A stretch of DNA of 40,483 nucleotides from a virus (Duplodnaviria > Caudoviricetes): the IMG/VR virus record IMGVR_UViG_3300035394_000219, positions 1 to 40,483 of that record; one strand, given 5' to 3'. This document shows, piece after piece, positions 7,741 through 17,500 of this stretch (position 1 is its first letter; every line of letters begins with the position of its first letter). The notes beneath the pieces were generated by a model, which searched no databases, had not been told where the DNA came from, and saw only the letters and a program-made list of their open reading frames with translations. Made by a program: the position numbers and the translations under genes.

Positions 7741-8490
7741 ATGGAAAAAAGAGGACCAAAACAAGTAACTAATAGAAAGTTTATAGAAAAGGCAAATTTG
7801 AAACATAATAATTATTATGATTATTCTTTAGTTAATTATATTAAAGCTCAAACTAAGGTAAAAATAATATGCCCTAAACATGGTATATTTGAACAACAAC
7901 CTAATAACCATATATTTGGTCAGGGTTGTATACGGTGTATGGGGGATAATGTGAGAAATGCTAGAAAATTTACTAAGGAACAATGGATAGAAAAGTTTAA
8001 AAAAGTACATGGGGATAGATATGATTATTCCTTAATAAAAGTTGGAGAAGGGGCAGGAACTTATTATAAATCTATAATAATATGTAATAAACATGGAGAA
8101 TTCTTACAAAGACCTCAATCTCATAGTAAGGGTGCTGGGTGTCCTTTTTGTAATATATCTAAAGGTGAAGATGAAGTAGAAAAATATCTTATAAAGAATA
8201 ATATAAAATATATAAGGGAATATAAATTTGATAAATGTCTTAATCCTAAAACTAATAAAAAATTACCATTTGATTTCTTTCTTCCTGAATACAACCTAAT
8301 AATAGAATACCAAGGAGAACAACATTATAAGAAAACTGGGTATTTTGAAAAAAGATCTGGAGGGTTAGAAGGATTACAATATAGAGATAAAATAAAAAAA
8401 GAGTTTTGTATTAACAATAATATAAAATTAATTGAAATAAAATATATAGATATTAATATTATTAACACAATTTTAAAAGAAAACATATGA
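7741..8490 (+). CDS. Free-standing putative homing endonuclease (two Zn-binding repeats plus Vsr/DUF559-like nuclease)
   Basis: Two H..RYDYS...IIC..HG.F.Q.P..H..G.GC..C repeats, then SKGE...LPFDFFLPEYNLIIEYQGEQH...RDKIKKEFC...IKLIEI. Confidence 0.8.
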   Translation: MEKRGPKQVTNRKFIEKANLKHNNYYDYSLVNYIKAQTKVKIICPKHGIFEQQPNNHIFGQGCIRCMGDNVRNARKFTKEQWIEKFKKVHGDRYDYSLIKVGEGAGTYYKSIIICNKHGEFLQRPQSHSKGAGCPFCNISKGEDEVEKYLIKNNIKYIREYKFDKCLNPKTNKKLPFDFFLPEYNLIIEYQGEQHYKKTGYFEKRSGGLEGLQYRDKIKKEFCINNNIKLIEIKYIDINIINTILKENI

Positions 8491-9017
8491 GAATAGGCAT
8501 TTGTGGAAGTCAAAGCGTTGGAAAAACAACTTTAGTTAATGCTTTAAAAGAATTACCAGAATTTAAAGATTATACATTTTCAACTGAGCGTTCTAAATAT
8601 TTAAGAGATTTAGGTATTCCTTTAAATACAGATTCTACTATTAAGGGTCAAATTGTATTTTTAGCAGAACGTGCTAGTGAATTGATGTGTGAAAATATTA
8701 TAACAGATCGCACTGTAATTGATGTTATGGCATTTACTAGTTTAGCTAAATCAATCCCATATTTTATGGTATATGAATATAATAAAATAGCATCACATAT
8801 GATTAAGGAATATGATCATATTTTTTATATATCTCCTGAAGGAATAGAATTAGAAGATAATGGTGTTCGTACTACTGATTCGGAATATAGAAATGATATA
8901 GATAAACAAATTAAAAGATATTTAGTTGAATATAACAAAAAAATATTTTCATTACATGAATTATCAGGAACAACTGATGAAAGAATCAAAAAAATTAAAC
9001 AGGTATTATTTCCATAA
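8487..9017 (+). CDS. P-loop nucleoside/nucleotide kinase (NadR/AAA_28-like)
   Basis: RIGICGSQSVGKTT Walker A, ITDRTVID, YDHIFYI, LEDNGVR. Confidence 0.8.
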   Translation: MRIGICGSQSVGKTTLVNALKELPEFKDYTFSTERSKYLRDLGIPLNTDSTIKGQIVFLAERASELMCENIITDRTVIDVMAFTSLAKSIPYFMVYEYNKIASHMIKEYDHIFYISPEGIELEDNGVRTTDSEYRNDIDKQIKRYLVEYNKKIFSLHELSGTTDERIKKIKQVLFP

Positions 9018-9042
9018 TATTTATCACTAAATATAAATAAAA

Positions 9043-9786
9043 ATGAAAAAAACACATTTACTTGAAATCATACAGGAAGAAATTATTTCAGTATTAAGAG
9101 AAGGAGAAGCTGAAGATAAAGCAGCAAAATCAGCTCAATTAAAGGCTATTGATTTAGAAATTAAGGCTCTCCAAAAGAAAAAAGTGGATATTATGAGATC
9201 TGGGGTTTCTGAAATTGCACTTGAAGAAGATCAATTGGATGAAATGGCTAAAATTACAGGTAGATTAGAAGCAGCTATTAAAAAAGTATTATCTTCTAAT
9301 GCTGATCTTGAGGGTTTACCATTAAAGAAAGCTATTAAAGCTAATGCTGAAGTAGAAGATGCACTTGAGGGTGATACAATGTATGACAATCAATTAAATA
9401 AATTTATTGCATTAGTTAGAGGTAATAGAGAAGTAGGTCAACGTGGTCGCAAAGCTGACCCAACAAAAGTAAAAGTAGAACCTAAAGCAAAAGCAAAAGC
9501 TGAACCAAAAGTAAAAGTAGAAAAATCATCAATTGAAGGTATAGATGATGAAGATAAAGAAGCAGCAGCATCAATTGGTAAAGATGAAACAGCTAAAAAA
9601 TTAGGTAAAATACTCCCAAAAGATAAAATCGAAAAGTTCAACTTAGGATTAAAATTTATTAAAAAATATAAAGACGATAAACCAAAGATTGATGCTTATT
9701 TGAAAAAAGCAAAAGAAGAATATAAATTCTCGAATGAAATGTTAAAAGATTTAAAGAAAACAGCAGGTAGAGAAGTAAATATTTAA
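9043..9786 (+). CDS. Charged hypothetical protein, putative internal head protein
   Basis: Leader MKKTHLLEIIQEEIISVLRE, QLDE|MA site, RGRK basic motif. ATATTTAT at 9017. Confidence 0.65.
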   Translation: MKKTHLLEIIQEEIISVLREGEAEDKAAKSAQLKAIDLEIKALQKKKVDIMRSGVSEIALEEDQLDEMAKITGRLEAAIKKVLSSNADLEGLPLKKAIKANAEVEDALEGDTMYDNQLNKFIALVRGNREVGQRGRKADPTKVKVEPKAKAKAEPKVKVEKSSIEGIDDEDKEAAASIGKDETAKKLGKILPKDKIEKFNLGLKFIKKYKDDKPKIDAYLKKAKEEYKFSNEMLKDLKKTAGREVNI

Positions 9787-9797
9787 TAATAAAATTA

Positions 9798-10160
9798 ATG
9801 CTAAATCAGGTTTTAACATTTAATAAAAAACAATTAATCCTTTTTGGGATCGGGATAATAATGATTATAATAATAGTGTCTACTCTATCAACTAGGGTAG
9901 ACACTCCAATTTCATATGATTCTTATAAATCTGAAATTGATAGTCTAAACACCAAATTAAAAAATATTAAAGACAGACAAAATATATTGGATAATCAAAT
10001 TAAAACATATAAAGATAGTATTAATATATCCAATAATAGAATAGATTCATTAGGGAAAGAATTAATTAAAACTCGTATATATTATGGTAAAAAAATTAAA
10101 GATATTGGGATTTATACTCCTTCTGAACTTTCAAACTTTTTCACAATCCGATACAAATAA
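9798..10160 (+). CDS. i-spanin-like membrane protein
   Basis: N-terminal TM helix (LILFGIGIIMIIIIVSTLS) plus coiled coil; overlaps the next gene by 77 nt. Confidence 0.5.
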   Translation: MLNQVLTFNKKQLILFGIGIIMIIIIVSTLSTRVDTPISYDSYKSEIDSLNTKLKNIKDRQNILDNQIKTYKDSINISNNRIDSLGKELIKTRIYYGKKIKDIGIYTPSELSNFFTIRYK

Positions 10161-10512
10161 AATTTATATTCCATATTCTGTAGCTCGAAAAATAGCTATT
10201 GAATTAATTCAAAAAGACTCATTACAATCAGAATTAAAAGAAACTCAATTTATTCTTAAAGAATCTCAAAATAAAATAAGACTACAGGATAGTGTTATGA
10301 TATATTTTGAACGAAGAGAAATAGAATATAAATCTGAAATAAAAGTATTTGAGGAAAAAGAAAAAATTTATATAAGTAATATGGAAAAATTAATAGAGAA
10401 TAACAATAAACTTATTGGAAAAAGTAATAGATTAAAAAATACAGCTCAAATATTAGGAGGTGGATTTTTAGGAACTCTAGCTGCATTGATTACTCTGATA
10501 ACAATTAAATGA
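10084..10512 (+). CDS. Secreted coiled-coil protein with C-terminal hydrophobic anchor (spanin-partner candidate)
   Basis: Signal peptide MVKKLKILGFILLLNFQTFS|Q, long coiled coil, C-terminus ILGGGFLGTLAALITLITIK. No Cys. Confidence 0.5.
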   Translation: MVKKLKILGFILLLNFQTFSQSDTNKIYIPYSVARKIAIELIQKDSLQSELKETQFILKESQNKIRLQDSVMIYFERREIEYKSEIKVFEEKEKIYISNMEKLIENNNKLIGKSNRLKNTAQILGGGFLGTLAALITLITIK

Positions 10513-10515
10513 TAA

Positions 10516-12096
10516 ATGAGTAATGATATAAAACAAATATTAAGACAGGAATATACTAGATGTGCCCAAGACCCAGCACATTTTATGAAAAAGTATTGTT
10601 TTATCCAACATCCACAAAGAGGTAGAATTCAATTCAATTTATATCCATTCCAAGAAAAAGTATTACATTTATGGAGAGATAATCCATATTCAATAGTATT
10701 AAAATCAAGACAATTAGGTATATCAACTTTAGCTGCAGGTTATTCCCTATGGCTAATGACATTTCATCAAGATAGAAACGTACTAGCATTAGCAACCACA
10801 CAAGCAACAGCTCGTAACTTGGTTTCTAAAGTACAATTTATGTGGGAAAATTTACCTTCATGGCTGAAAGTACCTTCTGTTGAAAATAACAAATTATCCC
10901 TAAGATTAAATAACGGATCAAAAGTTCAAGCCAAATCATCAAATGCTGATGCTGCACGTTCAGAAGCCGTTTCTCTTCTAATAGTGGATGAAGCCGCATT
11001 TATTGAAAATATTGGAGAAACATGGGCATCTGCACAGCAAACCCTAGCAACTGGGGGTGGAGCTATTGTATTAAGCACTCCTTATGGTACTGGTAATTGG
11101 TTTCACCAAACATGGGTTAGAGCAGAAGGTCAAGAAAATGATTTCATTCCCATTAAATTACCTTGGATGGTTCATCCTGAAAGAGATCAAACTTGGAGAG
11201 ACAGACAAGATGAATTATTAGGTGATCCTAGATTAGCGGCACAAGAGTGTGACTGTGATTTTAGTACATCTGGAGATACTGTGTTTTACCCTGAATTTTT
11301 AGAATTTTATTTAAAGACATATATTAAAGAACCTTTAGAACGTAGAGGAGCTGATAGAAATCTATGGATTTGGGAACCAGCTGATTATTCTAGATCATAT
11401 ATGGTTTTAGCCGATGTTGCTCGAGGTGATGGAAAAGACCACTCTGCATTCCATATATTAGATATTGAAACTAATACACAAGTAGGCGAGTATAAAGGTA
11501 AAATTGGAACTAAAGAATTTGGACATTTACTTGTAGGTATAGCAACTGAATATAATAATGCTTTACTTGTAGTTGAAAATGCAAATATTGGATGGTCAAC
11601 AATACAAACAATAATAGATAGGCAATACCCCAATTTATACTATTCACCCAAAAGCGGTGAAATAAGCTCGGATTCATTCTTTACTGAATATATGGATACT
11701 AGTAAAATGGTAGCTGGTTTTTCTATGACAACTCGTACTAGACCTATTTGTATAGGTAAGTTCCAAGAAGCACTTTCCGATAAGGGTGTAACAATCCAAT
11801 CAAAACGCCTAATAGAGGAAATGAAAGTATTTGTTTGGAAAAACGGCAGAGCAGAAGCCCAATCAGGTTATAACGATGATTTAGTAATGTCTTTTTCTAT
11901 GGGGCAATTCATGAGAGATATATCATTTAAATTTAAACAACATGGTGTTGATCTTACTAAAAGTATGCTAAATAATATATCAACATCCAATAACTCATTT
12001 TCAGGAGGATATTCAAGTCAAGGTATAAATAAAAATCCTTGGAAGATGGATAATCCATATTCTGGAGGGGAGGAAGATATTAATTGGTTACTTTAA
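10516..12096 (+). CDS. terL: Terminase large subunit (T4 gp17-like)
   Basis: LYPFQ, KSRQLGIST, LLIVDEAAF, LSTPYG, RNase H domain LADVARGDGKD...VVENAN...GYNDDLVMS. Confidence 0.96.
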   Translation: MSNDIKQILRQEYTRCAQDPAHFMKKYCFIQHPQRGRIQFNLYPFQEKVLHLWRDNPYSIVLKSRQLGISTLAAGYSLWLMTFHQDRNVLALATTQATARNLVSKVQFMWENLPSWLKVPSVENNKLSLRLNNGSKVQAKSSNADAARSEAVSLLIVDEAAFIENIGETWASAQQTLATGGGAIVLSTPYGTGNWFHQTWVRAEGQENDFIPIKLPWMVHPERDQTWRDRQDELLGDPRLAAQECDCDFSTSGDTVFYPEFLEFYLKTYIKEPLERRGADRNLWIWEPADYSRSYMVLADVARGDGKDHSAFHILDIETNTQVGEYKGKIGTKEFGHLLVGIATEYNNALLVVENANIGWSTIQTIIDRQYPNLYYSPKSGEISSDSFFTEYMDTSKMVAGFSMTTRTRPICIGKFQEALSDKGVTIQSKRLIEEMKVFVWKNGRAEAQSGYNDDLVMSFSMGQFMRDISFKFKQHGVDLTKSMLNNISTSNNSFSGGYSSQGINKNPWKMDNPYSGGEEDINWLL

Positions 12097-12145
12097 AAAA
12101 TTCATTGTTTTTTTCAATATTTATTAGTATAATATAATAAAAAAT

Positions 12146-14044
12146 ATGGCTCAAAAAGATTTATTTTCGAGATTAAAAAGATTATTCTCAACAGATGTAA
12201 TTATTCGTAACCAAGGTGGAACACAACTTAAGGTTATGGATGTTAATCAAATTCAACAATCCGGTGAAATCCAAACAAATTCCCTAGTAGATAGATTTAA
12301 TAGAATTTATACAAATTCATCTACATCATTATATGGTTATCAAAATTCATTTAACTATCAAACCCTAAGACCTACTCTATATTCAGAATATGATGCTATG
12401 GATACAGATGCTATTATTGCTTCTGCTCTTGATATTATAGCTGATGAATCTACTTTAAAGAGTGAGTTAGGTGAAGTATTATCAATCCGTAGTTCGGATG
12501 AAGACATACAAAAGATATTATATAATTTATTTTATGATGTATTAAATATTGAATTTAATCTTTGGCCTTGGATTCGTAATATGTGTAAATACGGGGATTT
12601 TTTCTTAAAATTAGAGATCGCTGAAAAATATGGTGTATATAATGTAATTCCATATACTGCATATCATATTGAGAGACAAGAAGGATATGATATTAAAAAC
12701 CCTGCATCTATAAGATTCAGATTTGATCCAGATGGTATATCAGCCTCAAGTTATGGTTATTCTGATGTACATAATTCATCACAACAAGGAAAATCTATTA
12801 TATTTGATAATTATGAAATGGCCCATTTCCGATTATTAACTGATACTAATTTTTTACCTTACGGTAGATCATATATTGAACCTGCTCGTAAATTATTTAA
12901 ACAATATACATTGATGGAAGATGCAATGTTGATTCACAGAATCGTTCGTGCACCTGAAAAACGTATATTCTATGTTAATGTCGGTAATATTGCCCCTACT
13001 GAAGTAGAAAACTTTATGCAGAAAACAATTACCAAAATGAAACGTACTCCATATATTGATCAACAAACAGGTGAATATAACTTGAAATATAACATGCAAA
13101 ATTTACTTGAGGACTTCTACATCCCTATCCGTGGAAATGATCAAGCAACTAAAATTGATACACTCCCAGGATTACAATATGATGGTATTACTGATGTTGA
13201 ATATTTAAGAGATAAATTATTTGCTGCTTTAAAAGTACCTAAAGCGTTTTTAGGATATGAAAAAGACTTAACAGGTAAGGCTACATTGGCTGCAGAAGAC
13301 ATTAGATTTGCGCGCACAATCGATCGTATTCAACGTATAATGTTATCTGAATTAAATAAAATTGCTTTAGTTCACTTATACACACAAGGATATTCAGCTG
13401 AAAGTTTAACTAATTTCCAATTATCATTAACTACTCCTTCTATTATATATGATCAAGAAAGAATTGCATTGATGAAAGAAAAAGTTGAATTATCTAACTC
13501 TATGATAGATGGAAATTTAATGCCTACCGATTGGATATACGAGAATATATGGCATATGAGTGAAGACCAATATGATGAAATGAGAGATTTAATTAGACAA
13601 GATGCTAAACGTAAATTTAGAATTAGCCAAATTGAATCAGAAGGCAATGATCCTATTGAATCTGGACAATCATATGGTACACCACATGATTTAGCTTCAT
13701 TATATGGTAGAGGTAGATATGATAATAATACAGATGTTCCTGTAGGATATGACGAAAAAAATCCATTAGGAAGACCTGAAGAAAAAGTAACTAATAGAAA
13801 TACACAAGATGATTCATTTGGAAAAGATAGAATTGGATCTCTAGGAATAAAACGTGACGATGAAGAATCATCTTCAATGAGAACTAATTATAAAGGTGGA
13901 TCACCATTAGCATTAGAGGGCAGATCACTATCAGTTTTTCAATCAAATATGTTAAGTAAAGTTCCATTTGGTAAAAAACGAATGATATTTGAAGTAGATA
14001 AACAAAAAGAATCACTATTAGATGAAAATCAAATACGTGAGTAA
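12146..14044 (+). CDS. Portal protein (T4 gp20-like)
   Basis: LMEDAMLIHRIVRAPEKRIFYVNVGN, EDFYIP.RG...IDTLPG, KLFAALKVPK; follows terL. Confidence 0.95.
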   Translation: MAQKDLFSRLKRLFSTDVIIRNQGGTQLKVMDVNQIQQSGEIQTNSLVDRFNRIYTNSSTSLYGYQNSFNYQTLRPTLYSEYDAMDTDAIIASALDIIADESTLKSELGEVLSIRSSDEDIQKILYNLFYDVLNIEFNLWPWIRNMCKYGDFFLKLEIAEKYGVYNVIPYTAYHIERQEGYDIKNPASIRFRFDPDGISASSYGYSDVHNSSQQGKSIIFDNYEMAHFRLLTDTNFLPYGRSYIEPARKLFKQYTLMEDAMLIHRIVRAPEKRIFYVNVGNIAPTEVENFMQKTITKMKRTPYIDQQTGEYNLKYNMQNLLEDFYIPIRGNDQATKIDTLPGLQYDGITDVEYLRDKLFAALKVPKAFLGYEKDLTGKATLAAEDIRFARTIDRIQRIMLSELNKIALVHLYTQGYSAESLTNFQLSLTTPSIIYDQERIALMKEKVELSNSMIDGNLMPTDWIYENIWHMSEDQYDEMRDLIRQDAKRKFRISQIESEGNDPIESGQSYGTPHDLASLYGRGRYDNNTDVPVGYDEKNPLGRPEEKVTNRNTQDDSFGKDRIGSLGIKRDDEESSSMRTNYKGGSPLALEGRSLSVFQSNMLSKVPFGKKRMIFEVDKQKESLLDENQIRE

Positions 14045-14069
14045 TAAATTTTAATATATTTATAAATAA

Positions 14070-14181
14070 ATGATATATTTGTATAAATATTCGAATATAT
14101 AATAAAATAACCCTTTATAAATGTTGCCAAGAAAAAAGAAAATCAACATATGAATTTATTTGGAAATATAAGAATAATTAA
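14070..14181 (+). pseudogene. Collapsed homing endonuclease relic (N-terminal stub plus NUMOD1 tail)
   Basis: MIYLYK stub after the promoter motif; in another frame LYKCCQEKRKSTYEFIWKYKNN*, comparable with INCCRGKYKTAGGYIWRF in the ORF at 20589. Confidence 0.6.
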
Positions 14182-15042
14182 ATGAGTAAAATAAAACATT
14201 CGAAATATAAAAATACCGGTATTATTTTTGAATTACTAATTAGACAGATCACTGCCGATACTTTAGATGGAAAGGACTCCCCAATTAAAGAAATTCTTAA
14301 AAAATATTTTGTTAAAACAGAATTAGGAAAAGAATATAAATTGTATGAGGCTTTATTAAATAAAAATAGTATTACTGAGACCAAAGCAAATATTGTTATT
14401 GATACTCTTTTAGAATCATCTAAAAATATTAATAAAAGAATAGTTAAAAAACAAAGATATAATCTCATTAGTGAAATTTCAAAACACTATGATTTAAATG
14501 AGTTTTTTAATCATAAATTACCTAACTACAAGATACAAGCCGCTTTCTATACTCTTTTAGAAGCATACACTATTGGAAATGTAGTAAATCCTAATATTAT
14601 TATTACAAATAAAGTAACTATATTAGAACATTTAACCGCAGCATTGATTACAGAAAAACAAGTAAGAGATAATGTATTGGAAGAATTTAAAAAATCTGAT
14701 AAAGATTTACGTACTTTAACATATCGAATAATTTTAGAAAAATTCAATGGTAAATACGATGAATTAAACTCACATCAAAAATCCATTCTAAAAGAATTAA
14801 TCAATTCAATTGATAATTTACCAAGATTAAAAGAATTTTATAGTTCTAAATCTATTGAAATTAGAGAAGAATTAACAAAATTAAATAAAAAAGTCAAAGA
14901 TCAAGTTACTAAAATTAAAGTTAATGAAATTATATCATTGATAAAACCTCTAGATAAAAATGTAAAGGTATCTGACAATGATTTAATCAACTTATTGCAA
15001 TATTGTGATTTAGTTAACGAATTAGAATCAGCAAATGCGTGA
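14182..15042 (+). CDS. Helical head-module protein (putative prohead core component)
   Basis: 286 aa, KIKHSKYKNTGIIFELLIRQIT; lies between portal and protease. Confidence 0.7.
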   Translation: MSKIKHSKYKNTGIIFELLIRQITADTLDGKDSPIKEILKKYFVKTELGKEYKLYEALLNKNSITETKANIVIDTLLESSKNINKRIVKKQRYNLISEISKHYDLNEFFNHKLPNYKIQAAFYTLLEAYTIGNVVNPNIIITNKVTILEHLTAALITEKQVRDNVLEEFKKSDKDLRTLTYRIILEKFNGKYDELNSHQKSILKELINSIDNLPRLKEFYSSKSIEIREELTKLNKKVKDQVTKIKVNEIISLIKPLDKNVKVSDNDLINLLQYCDLVNELESANA

Positions 15043-15502
15043 GATTTTAAAAAATATAATTAAAGCAAAATATAAAAAATTAAAGGAGCAATCATATACA
15101 GGAGTAGGTGGTGCAACTTTTTCCCCGGGTGAAGGAACTCAATATTCTACACCAAGAGCTTTTGCTAAAGATACTAATTCTAAAGGAATAAAAAATCCAT
15201 ATTATTATAAACTTGGATATAAAATAGTACCTAAAAAAATTAAAGGATCTGAATTAGAAGTTAAACAATTATTTGAAGATGAAATATTAAATGAATATAA
15301 CGATTTTCAGCAAGATAGAATAAAAGCATTCGAATTAGTAGAAAATGAATTAAATTCACTATTACCATTAATTTCAAACGCTAAAAATGAAACAGCAGAA
15401 TTCTATGCTGAAAACCCAGGCTCATATAAAGTAATTATAGGAACAGATCTAATTTTAGAATATATAAAAGACATTAAAACTTTATTAATAGGAGAACAAT
15501 AA
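15035..15502 (+). CDS. Hypothetical head-module protein
   Basis: 155 aa. Leader ends LKE; GTQYSTPRAF motif. Confidence 0.7.
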   Translation: MREILKNIIKAKYKKLKEQSYTGVGGATFSPGEGTQYSTPRAFAKDTNSKGIKNPYYYKLGYKIVPKKIKGSELEVKQLFEDEILNEYNDFQQDRIKAFELVENELNSLLPLISNAKNETAEFYAENPGSYKVIIGTDLILEYIKDIKTLLIGEQ

Positions 15503-16683
15503 TGAAAACATTAAACGAACAATACAGATTAATTAAAGAAGATAAAGGACATAAAGGTATGTTCTTAACTGAAGCAAAACGCCAGTTTCCTAATTACATC
15601 CGTAATGCAGCTACGTTTGACGAAGCTGAAAAAGTATTGAAGCAAAAAGGTGTAATCACTGAAAATTTTTCAGGTTTAGAACCAATCAACTCACCATTTT
15701 CTACAAAAGTACAAGAACCATTTGAATCATCTTTTGCTAAATTCTTGGAAGAAGCAAAATCTCCAGAAATAAAAGCAAAAGAAGTTAAAGCTAAAACATT
15801 AAAATCTCAAGAAGATGATGAAAAAGCTGAATTAAAGAAACCATCAGATCAAGTTGAAGATGATCTAGAACATGGATATAATAACAAAGACGATAAAAAC
15901 ATTAATAATTTGATGTTTGGTCAAGTAATGACAGGATATTACGCTGAAATGAAAGACCCAAAGAATGCAGACAAAACAATGGAACAATTAAAAGACATTG
16001 TTTTAAAGAATTTAGCTAAAGATCCAATTTTCTATACTAAAGATGGTCAATTTGGAGTTAAAGGTGTTGGATATACAACTGAAGTACCTGGTTTAGGTAC
16101 CCCAAAAGAGGCTAAAGGAAAATATAAAGCATCTGGATATGGTGATTTAAAAGAAGGACAAGTAAATATGAATGTACAAGAAATAAAATTACGTAGAATA
16201 ATTAACACAATTATCCGTGAAGAATTAGCTAAAAAATCATTAAATGAAAACGTTGATAAACGTTTAAAAGAAATCGAAGTAGAAGCAGAGATGGAAGTAA
16301 TGGGTTTAAAAATGGAAAAGATCATGGCCGAAATCGAGAAGCGCCAAACTCAATTAAGTCGATTGGATGAAGATGAAGATTTAAAAGTTATGATGGATAA
16401 AAAAGTAATATCAAAAATCCAAAAAGAAATTAAATTTTTAGAAAGAGCTAAAGCTAAAGTTGAAAAAATCATGGGTAAAGGTAAAGGTAAAAAAATTGAA
16501 GTAATTGATGAGATGGAAGATGCCGAAGAAAATCCTGAATTCGAAAAAGTTGCAGCACAAGCTGAAGAAATGTATCATGATGGGTTAGAAATTAAAGATA
16601 TCTTGGTTAAATTTAACCCTCGTATGCGAAATGATTTAGAACGTCATCTAAAAATGGGTTTTGAAGGAACAGATAATGACTAA
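15502..16683 (+). CDS. Charged head-module protein, putative prohead core/internal protein
   Basis: MKTLNEQYRLIKE start resembles T4 capsid-targeting leaders. VLKNLAKDPIFYT motif, internal LRRIINTIIREELAKKSLNE. Confidence 0.7.
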   Translation: MKTLNEQYRLIKEDKGHKGMFLTEAKRQFPNYIRNAATFDEAEKVLKQKGVITENFSGLEPINSPFSTKVQEPFESSFAKFLEEAKSPEIKAKEVKAKTLKSQEDDEKAELKKPSDQVEDDLEHGYNNKDDKNINNLMFGQVMTGYYAEMKDPKNADKTMEQLKDIVLKNLAKDPIFYTKDGQFGVKGVGYTTEVPGLGTPKEAKGKYKASGYGDLKEGQVNMNVQEIKLRRIINTIIREELAKKSLNENVDKRLKEIEVEAEMEVMGLKMEKIMAEIEKRQTQLSRLDEDEDLKVMMDKKVISKIQKEIKFLERAKAKVEKIMGKGKGKKIEVIDEMEDAEENPEFEKVAAQAEEMYHDGLEIKDILVKFNPRMRNDLERHLKMGFEGTDND

Positions 16684-16694
16684 AATTTACCAAA

Positions 16695-17312
16695 ATGACT
16701 AAACAAGTATTAATAGAAACTCAATTATTTAAATTATCTCCTATCCCCCTAACAGAAGGTAAAGTATCTGGACGTGGAAATCCCATGGTAGAAGGTATAT
16801 TAGCCACAGCCGAAATTAAAAATGGTAATGGTAGATATTACTCTAAAGACCTATGGGAACGTGAGATAAACAAATATATGGAATCTATACGTGAAAATAG
16901 AGCACTAGGAGAATTAGATCACCCCGAATCATCAATTATTAACCTAAAAAACGTATCCCACAATATAGTAGAATTACGATGGGATGGAGATAATGTAATG
17001 GGTAAAATTGAAATACTACCTACACCATCTGGGAATATATTAAAAGCACTTATTGATAGTGGGATTACAGTTGGTGTTTCTTCTCGTGGTATGGGTTCAT
17101 TACAAGAAAAATCAGGCGTATTAGAGGTACAAGATGATTTTGAATTATTAGCATGGGATTTTGTAAGTACCCCATCTAACCCAGGATCATGGATGCGTCC
17201 TATAAAAGAATCTATTAATGAAGGACAAACATCTAACTCTAATAAATATTCCAAGGTAAATTCTATTATCACAGAAATCCTTTGTTCACAAGGTTCTTGC
17301 CCAATTTGGTAA
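16695..17312 (+). CDS. Prohead core protease (T4 gp21-like)
   Basis: KNGNGRYY, ALGELDHP, NLKNVSH, ILPTPSGNI, GVSSRGMGS, DFVSTPS. Confidence 0.95.
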   Translation: MTKQVLIETQLFKLSPIPLTEGKVSGRGNPMVEGILATAEIKNGNGRYYSKDLWEREINKYMESIRENRALGELDHPESSIINLKNVSHNIVELRWDGDNVMGKIEILPTPSGNILKALIDSGITVGVSSRGMGSLQEKSGVLEVQDDFELLAWDFVSTPSNPGSWMRPIKESINEGQTSNSNKYSKVNSIITEILCSQGSCPIW

Positions 17313-17475
17313 ACCAACATAATTTTTCAAAATATTTACCATATAAAATCCAATAACATGCAACCTATCATTATTTATCGGATGTTGAAATTAATATAAA
17401 ATATTAACAACAAATTAGGAATATTATTTTAGATATTATAAATGTATTAAATAAACTTTAACTCATATTATAATT

Positions 17476-17500
17476 GAGCCTTCTTTTGCAGGCTTTTTTT
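17476..17500 (+). terminator. Rho-independent terminator
   Basis: GAGCCT-TCTTTTGC-AGGCTT plus T-run. Confidence 0.65.

Noticed and set aside
17313-17470. Possible further gene relics at 17313-17470, 7299-7389 and 34462-34555
   Set aside because: The spacers are longer than usual, but no recognisable protein motif was found in any frame I read.
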